NCBI GenBank assembly: GCA_963798845.1
Contig: CAWCUS010000002.1
Coordinates: forward strand, 800,001 to 864,000
Length of the DNA stretch: 64,000 nucleotides
Direction: 5' to 3'
Origin: an uncultured Gemmatimonadales bacterium
Lineage (GTDB): Bacteria; Gemmatimonadota; Gemmatimonadetes; Longimicrobiales; RSA9
The position numbers were made by a program, and so were the translations under genes. Each line of letters opens with the position of its first letter. The first letter of the stretch is position 1. The notes below the pieces were generated by a model. It was not told the origin of the DNA and made no database searches. It saw only the letters and a list, made by a program, of their open reading frames with translations. This document shows, piece after piece, positions 32,987-44,337 of this stretch.

Positions 32987-33595
32987 ATGAAGCACCGTCT
33001 GACGATTGCCATGACGCTCGCCGCGATGACGCTGGCTGGCGTGGCGACCGGCTGCTCGAAGAAGGGTCCGGAAGGGCCGACGCCGGAGGAGATCGCCCGT
33101 CAGGACAGCATCGACGCGGCGCGGCGCGCGCAGGCGAGGGCCGACAGCCTCGAGGCGGCGCGTCGCGCGGCAGAGGATGCCGCGGCGGCGGAGCGGGCGC
33201 GGACGGAACGCGCGACGGCGGCTGCGCGCGACATCCTGCAGCAGATGATCCACTTCGACTACGACAAGTCGGCGATCCGCTCGGACGCGCAGCAGACGCT
33301 GATGCAGAAGCTGGCGGTGATGCGGGCGAACCCCGAGGTGCGGCTGCGGATCGCAGGGCACGCGGACGAGCGCGGCTCGATCGAGTACAACCTCGCGCTG
33401 GGGCAACGTCGCGCCGAGGCGGCCAAGGACTTCCTGGTGGGCTACGGGATCGACGCGAATCGGCTCGAGACGGTGAGCTTCGGCGAAGACCGGCCGCTGG
33501 TGAACGAGTCGAACGAGCAGGCGTGGGCGCAGAATCGGCGTGACGAGTTCACCATCGTCGCCGGCGGCGACCAGCTGCAGAACCCGGGTATGTGA
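32987..33595 (+). CDS. pal: Peptidoglycan-associated lipoprotein (OmpA-like)
   Basis: Lipobox ATGC; IHFDYDK, GHADERGS.EYNLALGQRRA and NRR motifs. Confidence 0.95.
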   Translation: MKHRLTIAMTLAAMTLAGVATGCSKKGPEGPTPEEIARQDSIDAARRAQARADSLEAARRAAEDAAAAERARTERATAAARDILQQMIHFDYDKSAIRSDAQQTLMQKLAVMRANPEVRLRIAGHADERGSIEYNLALGQRRAEAAKDFLVGYGIDANRLETVSFGEDRPLVNESNEQAWAQNRRDEFTIVAGGDQLQNPGM

Positions 33596-34443
33596 GGGCG
33601 ATGATGCGACTTCGAGCGGCGGGCGGACGCGGGGCACCCCGCGTCCGCCTCCGTCTCCTCGCGCGGGCGGTGCCGGTGCTTGCGCTGGCCGCGCTCGCCG
33701 GCGGGTGCGCGACCAAGCGGGACGTGCGGGACATGCGGACCGACATGGCGCGAGTGGAGGCGAGGCAGGATTCGATCTTCCGTCTGCTCCAGATGCAGAA
33801 CCGGGAGATCCTGGACTCGCTGACGCTCACCACCGAGCGGCTGCTGAACGTGCGGGGCGAGCTGGCGAGCCAGCTCCAGGGATTGAACGACCAGCTCGTG
33901 CAGGTGGGCGAGCTGACGAGCCAGGTGCAGATCCGGCTCAATCAGCTGGACCAGCAGCTGACCTCCGCCGTCAACCAGGTCGGCCAGGCCGGGATCGTCC
34001 CCGAAGGCGGAGCCGCAAGCCCAGGCTCGGCGGATGGGCAGGCCGCGGGCGGCAGCGCTGCGGCGGCCGGGATGGCCCGGCAGTTCTACGAGATCGGCCT
34101 CGAGCAGATCGACCGCGGAAACGCCAAGACGGCAAGGAACGCGTTCCAGATGGTCGTGGACAGCTTCCCGACCGATCCAGTGGCGGCGGACGCCCAGCGG
34201 CAGATTGGGGAGACGTACGTGATGGAGAAGTCGTACGACCAGGCGCTGAAGGCGTTCGAGCGCGTGGTCGAGCGCTACCAGAGCTCCGACGCGGCGCCGC
34301 GGGCGCTTTACCGCGCCGGGGTGGTGGCGGAGGAGCGGGGCAGCACGTCCAAGGCCCGTCAATACTACCAGCGCGTGATCTCCGGCTATCCCGGCTCGGA
34401 TGCGCGAAGGATGGCCGAGGAGGCGCTGGCCAGGCTGCAGTAG
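33592..34443 (+). CDS. cpoB: Cell division coordinator CpoB/YbgF (lipoprotein, coiled coil plus TPR)
   Basis: LAGGC lipobox, coiled coil, TPRs ending in YPGSD; follows pal. Confidence 0.85.
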   Translation: MRAMMRLRAAGGRGAPRVRLRLLARAVPVLALAALAGGCATKRDVRDMRTDMARVEARQDSIFRLLQMQNREILDSLTLTTERLLNVRGELASQLQGLNDQLVQVGELTSQVQIRLNQLDQQLTSAVNQVGQAGIVPEGGAASPGSADGQAAGGSAAAAGMARQFYEIGLEQIDRGNAKTARNAFQMVVDSFPTDPVAADAQRQIGETYVMEKSYDQALKAFERVVERYQSSDAAPRALYRAGVVAEERGSTSKARQYYQRVISGYPGSDARRMAEEALARLQ

Positions 34444-34648
34444 CGGAGGAAGCAGCGCTCCGCGCTCTTCGCGCCTGCGCGTGAGAGGCAGCTCTCTGCA
34501 GCCTCCGCGCCTTGCAGATGGAACAGGGCCGCGCGCCGGGGCGTAGGAAAGCGGGAAAATCGAATCGGAGCGGGACGAGCCAGATCGGGGCGCCCGGCGG
34601 AGTCGCTCTCCCGCCGGGCGCCGTCGTCATGAAAGCGGACGGAGAAGC

Positions 34649-35140
34649 ATGCGCTGTCCATACTGCCACGAGACGGAGGACCGGGTCGTGGACTCGCGGA
34701 CGAGCCGCGAGGGTCGGGCGGTCCGGCGTCGCCGGGAGTGCCTGGCGTGCAGCGGCCGCTTCACCACGTACGAAGTGGTGGAGGAGCGGCCGCTGCAGGT
34801 GATCAAACGGGACGGGACGGTGGAGGAGTTCGACCGGGAGAAGCTGCTGCGCTCGATCCGGCTGCCGTGCGTGAAGCGGCCGATCACGGAGGCGGAGGTG
34901 GAGGCGATGGTGGACGCCGCCGAAGACGCGCTGGGGGAGCGGGACCAGGTGTCTACGGGGGAGCTGGGGGAGATGGTGATGGGGCAGTTGAGAGAGAAGG
35001 ATTACGTCGCCTACGTCCGCTTCGCGTCGGTGTACCGGAACTTCCAGGACATCGATGAGTTCGTGGAGGAGCTCGAGGACCTGACCGAGGCGAGAGCGCG
35101 GCTGGAGCGTCAGAAGACGCAGGAGGAGCTGCCGCTCTGA
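34649..35140 (+). CDS. nrdR: Transcriptional repressor NrdR
   Basis: MRCPYC...RRRRECLAC..RFTTYE zinc ribbon; ATP-cone with VAYVRFASVY. Confidence 0.97.
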   Translation: MRCPYCHETEDRVVDSRTSREGRAVRRRRECLACSGRFTTYEVVEERPLQVIKRDGTVEEFDREKLLRSIRLPCVKRPITEAEVEAMVDAAEDALGERDQVSTGELGEMVMGQLREKDYVAYVRFASVYRNFQDIDEFVEELEDLTEARARLERQKTQEELPL

Positions 35141-35187
35141 GCGACGCGAGCTTCGGATTCGTCCGGCGTCCCGGCGTCTCGGACGAG

Positions 35188-35964
35188 ATGCCGTTCCTGT
35201 CGCACCTCGAGGAGCTGCGCTGGCGCATCCTGTGGAGTCTCCTGGCGGTGGCCATCTGCACGGTGATCGGCTGGTTCCTGGTGACGCGCCTGGACGTCCT
35301 GGGCCTCCTCATCCGCCCGGTTCGGCCGCTTCTCGGCAACGGCAAGCTGGCGTACCTGTCGCCGGCCGATCCGTTCATGGTCACGCTCAAGCTCACGCTC
35401 GCCGTCGGCGTGGTGCTGGCGTCTCCCGCCGTGGTCTACCAGTTCTGGATCTTCCTCGCCCCGGCGCTCCACCCCCACGAGAAGCGCGCGCTCATCCCCG
35501 CGTTCGTCATGGGTTTCTTCCTCTTCGTGGGCGGGATGGCACTCGCGTACTTCGTGGCGCTGCCGCTCATGTTCGAGTTCTTCGCCGGGTTCCAGCAGCA
35601 GAGCCTGGAGCAGAACATCACCATCGGGCCGTACATGACCGTGGTGGTGCGGACGGTGCTGGCGTTCGGCATCGTGTTCGAGCTGCCCGTGGTCATCCTG
35701 GTGCTCTCGGTGCTGGGCATCGTGCACTCGAGCATGCTGAGGCGCGGACGGCGCTGGGCGGTGGTGATCATCACGGTGGTCGCCAGCGTCGTCACGCCCG
35801 GCGACGTCATCGTCCTCACCCTCTTCATGATGATCCCGCTCATCCTCCTCTACGAGGTCAGCATCGTGCTGGCGAAGGAGGTGGAGCGCCGGCGGGCGAA
35901 GCGGCGGGCCCGCGAAGAAGCGGAGCGGTCGGAAGACGAGGCGGAGACGTGGCCCGGCGTCTGA
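35188..35964 (+). CDS. tatC: Twin-arginine translocase subunit TatC
   Basis: MPFLSHLEELRWR, YQFW.F.APAL, FGIVFELP, TPGD and LYE motifs. Confidence 0.96.
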   Translation: MPFLSHLEELRWRILWSLLAVAICTVIGWFLVTRLDVLGLLIRPVRPLLGNGKLAYLSPADPFMVTLKLTLAVGVVLASPAVVYQFWIFLAPALHPHEKRALIPAFVMGFFLFVGGMALAYFVALPLMFEFFAGFQQQSLEQNITIGPYMTVVVRTVLAFGIVFELPVVILVLSVLGIVHSSMLRRGRRWAVVIITVVASVVTPGDVIVLTLFMMIPLILLYEVSIVLAKEVERRRAKRRAREEAERSEDEAETWPGV

Positions 35965-38919
35965 CGCCTCGGTGGGTGCGCAGCCGCGGCGCGCTGCCGG
36001 CGCTGCTGCTGGGCGTCGCGGCGACGGCGCTCGGACCGCTGCCGCTCCGGGCTCAGCAGCCGGACACCGCCAGGACGGACACGGTCCTCACCGTCCGTGA
36101 GCGGGCGCTCGCAAGGCTCCGTGCGCTGCCCACGACGCCGATCCAGCCGGACACGGCCGCCGCGGACACGCTGGCCGTCGACACGGTGGGCGCCGACACG
36201 CTGGCCCCGCCCGGTGCGCGCCCGACGGCGGTCCGGCCCTCGCCCGTGGACACCCTGGCCGGCGACACGGTCGTGGTCTTCCCCGCCGGCAATGCGGAGC
36301 CCCGAACCGCCGTCGTCCCGGCCGACTCGGTGCTCGGCGCGCTGGCGGCGCTCCCGGGGTACGTGACGACGGAGTACACGGGGGAGGCCGCGGTCTTCCA
36401 GGCAGACAGCAATCGGCTGCGCCTGACCGGGAAATCGAACGTGGCACGGGAGGGGAGCTCGCTTTCCACGGACTCCGTGCTGGTCTACGCGGGGGACACG
36501 GGGATCGTGTGCGGCTACGGAAAGCCGGTGCTGCAGGGGGAGGGGGAGGCCGAACCGGTGGAGAGCAACCGGGTGTGCTACGACATCAACCGCGACATCG
36601 GGATGGCCTCGGGGGCGACGACGAAGTTCGAACAGGGCGCGACCTGGTATGTCCGGGGTGCGGAGAACCGGGTGTACGTGCTGACGGGCGGCCCGGAAAA
36701 GGAGCTGTACGGACGAAAGGCGGAGTTCACTTCGTGCGACCTGCCGCAGCCGCACTACGTCTTCGAAGCGCGCTCCCTGAAGATGGTGCAGGACCAGGTG
36801 ATGGTGGCCCGCAACGTCACGCTGAAGTTCGAGGACGTGCCCGTGTTCTGGCTGCCCTGGATGGTCCAGAGCATGAAGCGGGACCGGAAGAGCGGGCTCC
36901 TCGTGCCGCAGTTCGGTGTGAACGACATCGTGCGCAACGGCCAGGGGTACAACCGCCACATATCGAATCTAGGCTTCTACTGGGCGATCAACGACTACCT
37001 GAGCGCCCAGACCACGTTCGACTGGTTCGCCAGCAACTACACCGCCCTTCAGGCCGGCGTCAGCTACAAGGTGCTCCGACAGTTTCTCGACGGGAACCTG
37101 CAGGGCAAGGAGTTCTGGCGGCAGGGCGAGACAGGTGGGGGCGGGCGCGAGTTCACGCTCCACACGAACAACAGCTGGCAGCCGGACGAGCGGACCAACG
37201 TCACGGTGGCGGGCGACTACGCGAGCAGCACGCAGTTCGTCCGCCAGAACTCCTTCGACCCGACGGAGCTGAACCGGCAGATCAAGCTCAACGCGGGCGT
37301 GCGCCGCAGCTTCTCCTGGGGCTCCAGCTCGCTGGGCTACCAGAACGCGAAGGACCTGAACACGGAAAAGCAGACCACCACCCTGCCGTCGTTCTCGGTC
37401 TCGGTGAACCCGAAGACGCTGTACAGCAACGCGGATGGCACGCTCAGCCTGTCGTGGAACGGGAGCGCGAGCGCCACTCGCCAGCTGGTGGACGTGCTGG
37501 AAGCCACGCTGCCGGGGCGGAACATCCGCGACCAGGAGACGGTGAGCGCGCGGGCCAACCAGAGCTTCTCCTTCGGCAACCTGTCGGTGAGTCAGAGCAT
37601 CGACTACCAGGACGCGTCGGTGGGGGTGAAGCCGCCCGTGTTCACCGAGACGGACACGCTCGGCAACCCGTCGGATACGCTGCCGGCGTTCTCGTCTCAG
37701 CGCCTCCAGTGGCAGAGCAGCATCGGGTACCAGCAGAAGCTGTGGACCGGGACCCAGATCACACCCTCGCTGTCGCTCTCCGGTGAGCAGGTGCGCGACA
37801 CGCTCACCGCGGCCGGTTTCGTGTCCCGGCCGATGCAGATCTCGACCGGAGCGACGCTGCGCACGGACCTGTACGGCTTCTGGCCGGGCTTCGCGGGCTT
37901 CAGCCGGATCCGGCACAAGATCTCGCCCTCCCTGACCTGGCAGTACCGGCCCGCCCTCAACTCCACCCAGCAGCAGGACTCGGTGTTCGGGGTGTCCAAC
38001 CTGAGGGAGGCGAACACGCTCACGCTCTCCTTCAACCAGACGTTCGAAGCCAAGGTGGCGGAGAGCGACACCATGGCCGCCGATACGGCCGCCGCGGACA
38101 GCACGGGCGCGGCGGGCGAGCCGCGGCGGCTGCCATCGGCGAGCAAGGTCATGCTCCTGGCGCTGAACACGAGCGGGCCGTTCACGTACGATTTCGTCGC
38201 GGCGAGGGAGGGGCGCCCCGCGTTCGTCACGGACCAGGTGACGAACTCGCTGCACTCCGACCTGCTGAAGAACCTCACGGTCAGCTTCACCCACGACCTG
38301 TTCGAAGGCGGCGAGACGCTGACCGACGGGACCACGGCAACGCGGCACTTCAGCCCGTTCCTCACCGCCATGAACGCATCGTTTTCCATCGACGACAATT
38401 TCTGGCTATTCCGCTTCCTCGGTCTGGCCGGCGGGTCGGCGGCCGTGCAGGAGAAGGGGGAGGAGGAGCCGGTGGAGGAGGAGTCTCCGGCGGCGGAAGA
38501 CCTGGGCGGGAGCGTGGGCGCGATCATGCCGGGCGGCACCAGTGGAAGGGCCGGGTTCCAGGGCGGCGGGCCCGTCGGCGGCTGGCGTGCACAGCTCAAC
38601 TACTCGCTCAGCCGGACGCGTCCCAGCCTCCTGGGTTTTTCGCAGGAAAGCCAGAATGCTCCAGGGGAACGTGTCGTTCCAGCCCACCGAGCACTGGAGC
38701 GTGAGCTGGCGCACCAGCTACTCGTTCACCGACCACGGCTTCGCCGACCACATCCTCACACTGACCCGAGACCTCCACCGCTGGCAGGCGAACTTCGACT
38801 TCACCAAGGCGCAGAACGGCAACTTCTCCATGACCTTCCGCGTCCAGCTCCGGGACAACCCGGACCTGAAGGTGGACTACAACCAGCACACCGACGTCAC
38901 CCGGCAGACACCGCAATAG
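35949..38919 (+). CDS. lptD: Putative LPS assembly outer-membrane barrel LptD; 1-nt insertion at ~38655; start uncertain
   Basis: Signal peptide, FTSCD..PHY, DVPVFWLP and RKSGLL.P motifs; C-terminus RDLHRWQANF..AQNGNF...PDLKVDY lies in the shifted frame. Confidence 0.85.
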
Positions 38920-39031
38920 CGCCGGCAGCCGAGTCCGACGTGCTCGCGGCCGGTCACGGACACGGGAAGGCGCCACGGCCGGGGCCTGGCGACTGGCCGG
39001 GCCAAGGGCCGGTCCCTTACCTTCGCCCCCC

Positions 39032-40546
39032 ATGGACACACTCGAATTGCAGGGAGGCGGTCTCCGCCTCGAGGACGTCGAGCGAGTGGCGCGCGAAGAC
39101 ACGGTCGAGGTCCGTCTGTCGGAAAACGCTCGCGCGGCCATCCGGGCGGCCAGGGGTGTGGTGGAGCGGGCGCTGGAGGAGAACCGGGTGGTCTATGGCC
39201 TGACCACCGGCTTCGGCGCGCTGGCCGAGGTGGTGATCCCGCCGGACCGCATCGTCGAGCTGCAGCGCAACCTGATCCGGAGCCATGCCGCGGGCGTGGG
39301 GCCTCCGCTCCCGGAGCCGGAGGTCCGCGCGATCATGCTGCTGCGGGCGAACGTGCTGGCGCTGGGCCACTCCGGGGTCCGGGAAGTGGTCGTCGAGCGG
39401 CTGCTGGACCTCCTGAACGCCCGCATCCACCCGGTGGTTCCCAGCCGCGGCAGCGTGGGGGCGTCGGGCGACCTGGCTCCGCTCTCCCACATCGCCCTCG
39501 CGCTCATGGGGGAGGGGGAGGTGGTGGTGGAAGGCCGGAGGCGGGCGGCCGGCGAGGCCATGTCCCGCGCCGGGATCGAGCCGCTCCAGCTGCAGGCGAA
39601 GGAAGGGCTGGCGCTCAACAACGGCACGCAGGCGATGACGGGCGTGGGAGCGCTGGCGCTGCTCGCCGCCGAGCGGGCTGTGGAAGCCGCGGAAGTGGCG
39701 GGGGCGATGACGCTGGAAGCGCTCCGGGGCACGCCGACCCCGTTCGACGAAGCGATCCAGCGGGCGCGGCCCCAGCCCGGTCAGGCGGAGAGCGCGGCCC
39801 GGCTGCGGGGGCTGCTCCGGGACTCGGAGATCCGGGAGTCGCACCGGGACAATGATCCCCGTGTCCAGGACGCGTACTCGCTGCGCTGCATGCCTCAGGT
39901 GCACGGAGCCGCGAGGCAGGCGTTCACGTACGCCAGGCAGGTGCTGGAGGTGGAGGCGAACAGCGCGACGGACAACCCGCTCATCTTCCCGGAAGACGGC
40001 CGTATCCTGAGCGGCGGGAACTTCCACGGCCAGCCGGTTGCGCAGGTCTTGGACCTGGTGGCCATGGCGTGCGCGGACCTGGCGTCCATCAGCGAGCGGC
40101 GCCTGGCGCGCCTGGTGGACCCCGACCGCTCCGGTCTGCCGGCGTTCCTGGTCCGCGAGCCGGGAACCAACTCCGGGTTCATGATGCCGCAGATCGTGGC
40201 GGCCAGCCTGGTGAGCGAGATGAAGCAGCTCGCGTCGCCCGCCTCGGTGGACTCGATCCCGACCGACGCGGACAAGGAGGACCATGTCTCCATGGGCATG
40301 ACTGCCGCGCGCCAGGCACGCGACGCCGTGGCCCTGCTCGAGACCGTGGTGGCGCTCGAGCTCCTCGCCGCGGCGCAGGGGCTGGAGTTCCTCAAGCCCC
40401 TGCGCCCGGGAAGGGGCGTGGATGCCGCGTACCGGAAGCTGCGCCAGCGTGTTCCGCCGCTGGACCGGGACCGGGTGATGGGCCCGGACATCGAAGCCGC
40501 GGAGTCGCTGGTGAGGGGTGGCGAGCTGGTGGGGCTGTGGCGATGA
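39032..40546 (+). CDS. hutH: Histidine ammonia-lyase
   Basis: VYGLTTGFG, LQRNLIRSHAAG, GSVGASGDLAPL (MIO-forming ASG), QDAYSLRC and SGGNFHG motifs. Confidence 0.96.
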   Translation: MDTLELQGGGLRLEDVERVAREDTVEVRLSENARAAIRAARGVVERALEENRVVYGLTTGFGALAEVVIPPDRIVELQRNLIRSHAAGVGPPLPEPEVRAIMLLRANVLALGHSGVREVVVERLLDLLNARIHPVVPSRGSVGASGDLAPLSHIALALMGEGEVVVEGRRRAAGEAMSRAGIEPLQLQAKEGLALNNGTQAMTGVGALALLAAERAVEAAEVAGAMTLEALRGTPTPFDEAIQRARPQPGQAESAARLRGLLRDSEIRESHRDNDPRVQDAYSLRCMPQVHGAARQAFTYARQVLEVEANSATDNPLIFPEDGRILSGGNFHGQPVAQVLDLVAMACADLASISERRLARLVDPDRSGLPAFLVREPGTNSGFMMPQIVAASLVSEMKQLASPASVDSIPTDADKEDHVSMGMTAARQARDAVALLETVVALELLAAAQGLEFLKPLRPGRGVDAAYRKLRQRVPPLDRDRVMGPDIEAAESLVRGGELVGLWR

Positions 40547-41772
40547 CCGACGCGGGGGCCGCGACGAAGCTGTTCGTGAACGCGGCGCAGGTGGTGACCT
40601 GCCGCGCCGCGGCGGAAACCGAGGTGCTGGCGCGCGCGAGCGTCGCCGTGGCCGGCAACGCGATCGTGGCCGTGGGGCCGGAAGCCGAGCTGGCGTCCTC
40701 GAACCCTCACGCGGAGCGGGTGGACTGCGAAAACGGCGTGCTCACGCCCGGCCTCGTGGACTCACACAGCCACGCCGTCTTCGGCCGGTGGCGCGCGGAC
40801 GAGTACGCGCTCCGATGCAGAGGCGTGCCATACATGGAGATCGCGCGGCGCGGCGGCGGGATCAACGCGTCGGTGCGGGACCTTCGCGAACGAAGCGAGG
40901 ACGAGCTGGTGGCGCTGACGCGCGAGCGGCTGCGGGACGTGCTCGCCCTGGGCACCACCACGCTGGAAGTGAAGAGCGGCTACGGCCTCACGGTGGAGGA
41001 CGAGCTGAAGATGCTGCGCGTGATCCGCCGGCTGGACGAGGAGGGGCCGCTGGACCTCGTCGCCACCTTCCTCGGCGGCCACGAGGCTCCGCCCGAGTAC
41101 CGGGACAGAAAGGACGACTATGTCGAGCTCGTCGCCACCGAGATGATCCCGGAAGTGGCGAGCGCGGGGCTGGCCCGCTTCTGCGACGTGTTCATGGAGC
41201 CCGGCGTGTTCGACGCCCGCCAGAGTCGGCGGATCCTGGAAGCCGGCCTCGATCACGGTCTCACGCCGAAGGTCCACGCCGACGAGCTGGAAGCGTCCGG
41301 CGGCGCCGAGCTGGCCGTCGAGCTGGGCGCCGCCTCCGCCGACCACCTGGGCCGGGTCAGCGACGCGGGCATCGAGGCGCTGGCCGGCTCCGACACCGTC
41401 GCCACGCTGCTCCCGGGAACGCTCTTCTTCCTCGGCAGGAAACACTACGCTCCCGCCCGAAAGCTGCTGGATGCCGGCGCCACCCTGGCGCTGGCGACGG
41501 ACTTCAATCCCGGATCCTCGCCTTCGCCCGGTCTTCCCCTGGTCACCACCGTCGCCTGCTCGCAGATGGGCATGGACCCCCTGGAGGCGCTCGTCGCGGC
41601 CACGCACGGCGGCGCTCGCGCGCTCCGGCTCCCGCCAGGGGCGGGCACCGTGGACGTCGGCGCTCCCGCCGACCTGGTGCTCTGGGACGCGTCCGACTAC
41701 CGGGAGATCCCGTACCGCTACGGAATCCGCCTGGCGCGACGGCTCTGGAAGCGCGGCCGGGAGGTGGCTTGA
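40543..41772 (+). CDS. hutI: Imidazolonepropionase
   Basis: PGLVDSHSH, YMEIARRGGGI, EVKSGYGL, HADEL and ATDFNPGSS motifs. Confidence 0.96.
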   Translation: MTDAGAATKLFVNAAQVVTCRAAAETEVLARASVAVAGNAIVAVGPEAELASSNPHAERVDCENGVLTPGLVDSHSHAVFGRWRADEYALRCRGVPYMEIARRGGGINASVRDLRERSEDELVALTRERLRDVLALGTTTLEVKSGYGLTVEDELKMLRVIRRLDEEGPLDLVATFLGGHEAPPEYRDRKDDYVELVATEMIPEVASAGLARFCDVFMEPGVFDARQSRRILEAGLDHGLTPKVHADELEASGGAELAVELGAASADHLGRVSDAGIEALAGSDTVATLLPGTLFFLGRKHYAPARKLLDAGATLALATDFNPGSSPSPGLPLVTTVACSQMGMDPLEALVAATHGGARALRLPPGAGTVDVGAPADLVLWDASDYREIPYRYGIRLARRLWKRGREVA

Positions 41773-41776
41773 GCGC

Positions 41777-41805
41777 TTGTTCCACGTCGCGCGCGGGAGT
41801 ATCTT
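41777..41805 (+). promoter_or_regulatory. Sigma70-type promoter
   Basis: TTGTTC-N17-TATCTT, 7 nt before ATG 41813. Confidence 0.55.
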
Positions 41806-42075
41806 CCGTGCCATGATGACGCGGCTGTCCGACACGGTCCAGTGCGTGCGCGAGGGCCGGGCCCGGCAGCCGTGAAGCGCTCGCCCGGCTCCTCCCCGGT
41901 TCACCGGGAGTCCCTCTTGCGACGACGACGCGCGCTGGGCCGGATCGTGGGAGTTCCCCGGTCCGGGTGGGCGGACAACGGGCTTCCCCCGGTTGCTCGT
42001 TCGGAGGCAGAGCCATTGACCCGGCAGGCCGCAAGGCTGGTCGGCGTTTCGAGTGCATCCTACGATCGAGATTGA

Positions 42076-44337
42076 ATGACATCGGTCGCCAAGCTGAAGG
42101 AGCGGGCTCGGAAGCTCGAGCAGAAGGAGGACTGGAAGGCCGCCATCGAGGCCTACCGGACAGCGCTCGATTCCGAGGAGCGGGCCGACGACGCGGAAGT
42201 GGAGCTCGCTCTCTACAACCGCGTGGGCGATCTGTACCTGCGTATCGGGCAGACCGATGAGGCGGTGACGTACTACGAGGAAGCGGCGGACAAGTACGCC
42301 GACTCCGGGTTCTACAACAACGCCATAGCCCTCTGCAACAAGGCGCTGCGCCACAGGCCCAACCGCGCCCACATCTACCTCAAGCTCAGCCGCCTCTCCG
42401 CCGAGCAGGGATTCCTCCCCGACGCCCGCCGCTGGGTCCTCGAGTATTCGAATCGGCAGCTCCAGGCCGGGAACGAGGAAGCGGCCTTCACCGGCCTCGA
42501 GGAGTTCGCCGACATGTCCGACGACCCGGACGTGCGCGAGATCCTCGCCCGCCAGCTGGCCGGTCGCGGCCGACGCGATGACGCGCTGGACCAGCTGCGG
42601 AAAGCCCACGCCACGTGGTCCGCGCGCGGGGATCGCTCGGCCGCGGAGCGCGTCGCCGGCGAGGCCAGGGACCTCGATCCATCGTTCGCCCTGCGCGATG
42701 GCGCGAGCGGCGCGGCAGCGGGGGCCGATGCTCCCGCCGATTTCGAACAGCCTTACGTTCCGCCCGCGCGCGCTCCCGGGGGCCTCGATGGTCTGGAGAC
42801 GCACCGGAGGGGACCCGGCGCCGACTGGCCGGGAATGCGGCCCGAGCCGCTGCCCGGGCTCGAGACCACGGGCCCCGATGTGGAGGAGGAGGAGGAGGAG
42901 GAGGAGCCGGAGCCGCTCCCGCTCCTGGACACCGGCTACGAAGCCATCGTGGAGGAGCCGGAGCAAGGCGAGGAGGAGGAGGAGGAGGAGGAGCCGGAAG
43001 AGCCGGAAGAGCTGGAGGAGCCGGAACAGCCGCTCCCGCTCATGGACACGGGCTACGAAGCCACGAGCCCGGAGCCGGAGGAAGAGGAAGCGGAAGCGCC
43101 AGAGGAGCCCGCCGAGCCGCTCCCGCTCTCTTCGGGAGCGCCGGGGGACATGCTGGAGGCCGAGTCCGTCGAGGAGCCGGAAGCGCCGCAAGCGACCGGG
43201 GAGGCGGAGCCGCGCGAGCATGCGGGCGAGCCGTTCGTCGCCGGCCCACCGGAGCATCGGGTGGAGGCCGTGCGGGAGGAACCGGTCGGAGACGCGGGGG
43301 CGGGCGAGCCGGCTGATGACGAGCTGCTGGACCTGGCCGACGTGCTGGAGGAGCCGGAGCCCGGCGACGAGGAGCCGCTCCTGGACGTCGGGATGCTGGA
43401 CCTCAGCTTCGGCGAGGTGACGGGGCAGGGGGAGCCGTCGTACTGGGAAGCGGAGGTAGACCTGGACGCGGTGCTGGACCGGGCCCGTGAGCTGGTGGGC
43501 CGGGGGCTGGCGCCGGAGGCGTTGAAGGAGCTCAACATCGTGCTGGCCGCGAACCCGGGCTCCGAAGCGTTGCAGGCGGCGCTGCAGGTGGTCGCGGAGA
43601 TCATCCGACACGACCCCAACGACGTGGCCGCGCTGCAGCAGCGGGTGGAGCTGGCGTCGAAGCTGGGAGAGCCGGACGTGATGGTGTCGGCGTTCCTCGA
43701 GCTGGGGGACGCGCTGGCGAGGCTGGGATCGGAGACGAAGGCGAGGGCCATGTACGAGCGTGTCCTCGACCTGGACCCCGACAATGCGGCGGCGCTGGAC
43801 GCGCTGGGCGACGGCGGCGATGCCGGCGACGACGAGACCGTGGACCTGTCCGCGGTGCTGCGGGAAATGGGTCCCGAGGAGCGGGCGGCGGCGCTGGCGG
43901 GGGAAGCGGCCGGCGGAGACCCGAACGTGGCGGCGATGCTGTCGCAGTTCCGCGAGCGGTCGAGCGACGGCGCGGGCGGGGACGATGCGGGTGACCATTA
44001 CGACCTGGGGCTGGCGTTCAAGGAGATGGGGCTGGTGGACGAGGCCATCGCCGAGTTCCAGACGGCGTTGACGGGGGGCGAGGAGCGGCTGAAGGTGTAC
44101 GAAGAGCTGGGCCAGTGCTTCATGTTGAAGCGCCAGTTCAACATCGCGCTGAACGTGTTCGACCGGGCACTGCAGGTGCCGAGGAGCGACGAGCGGGAGC
44201 TGCTAGGCGTCTACTACCACCTCGGCCAGTGCCACGAGGAGCTGGGACAGCGTGCCGAGGCGCGCGAGGCGTACGGCCGGATCCTCGACATCGACGACGG
44301 GTTCGCCGACGTGCCCGACCGCGTGGCGCGGCTGTGA
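42076..44337 (+). CDS. Large TPR protein with acidic linker (SgmX/FimV-like architecture)
   Basis: N-terminal TPRs, Glu/Pro-rich linker, C-terminal HYDLGLAFKEMGLVDEAIAEFQ TPR block. Confidence 0.8.
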   Translation: MTSVAKLKERARKLEQKEDWKAAIEAYRTALDSEERADDAEVELALYNRVGDLYLRIGQTDEAVTYYEEAADKYADSGFYNNAIALCNKALRHRPNRAHIYLKLSRLSAEQGFLPDARRWVLEYSNRQLQAGNEEAAFTGLEEFADMSDDPDVREILARQLAGRGRRDDALDQLRKAHATWSARGDRSAAERVAGEARDLDPSFALRDGASGAAAGADAPADFEQPYVPPARAPGGLDGLETHRRGPGADWPGMRPEPLPGLETTGPDVEEEEEEEEPEPLPLLDTGYEAIVEEPEQGEEEEEEEEPEEPEELEEPEQPLPLMDTGYEATSPEPEEEEAEAPEEPAEPLPLSSGAPGDMLEAESVEEPEAPQATGEAEPREHAGEPFVAGPPEHRVEAVREEPVGDAGAGEPADDELLDLADVLEEPEPGDEEPLLDVGMLDLSFGEVTGQGEPSYWEAEVDLDAVLDRARELVGRGLAPEALKELNIVLAANPGSEALQAALQVVAEIIRHDPNDVAALQQRVELASKLGEPDVMVSAFLELGDALARLGSETKARAMYERVLDLDPDNAAALDALGDGGDAGDDETVDLSAVLREMGPEERAAALAGEAAGGDPNVAAMLSQFRERSSDGAGGDDAGDHYDLGLAFKEMGLVDEAIAEFQTALTGGEERLKVYEELGQCFMLKRQFNIALNVFDRALQVPRSDERELLGVYYHLGQCHEELGQRAEAREAYGRILDIDDGFADVPDRVARL

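Noticed and set aside
35232..39203. 1323-aa ORF as a TatC-overlapping giant protein
   Set aside because: The N-terminal part is an off-frame shadow of tatC and the tail results from the indel at ~38655; the real gene is lptD at ~35949-38919.
39032..41772. hutH-hutI without hutU as a novel pathway
   Set aside because: Split hut loci are common, and hutU may lie outside the window.
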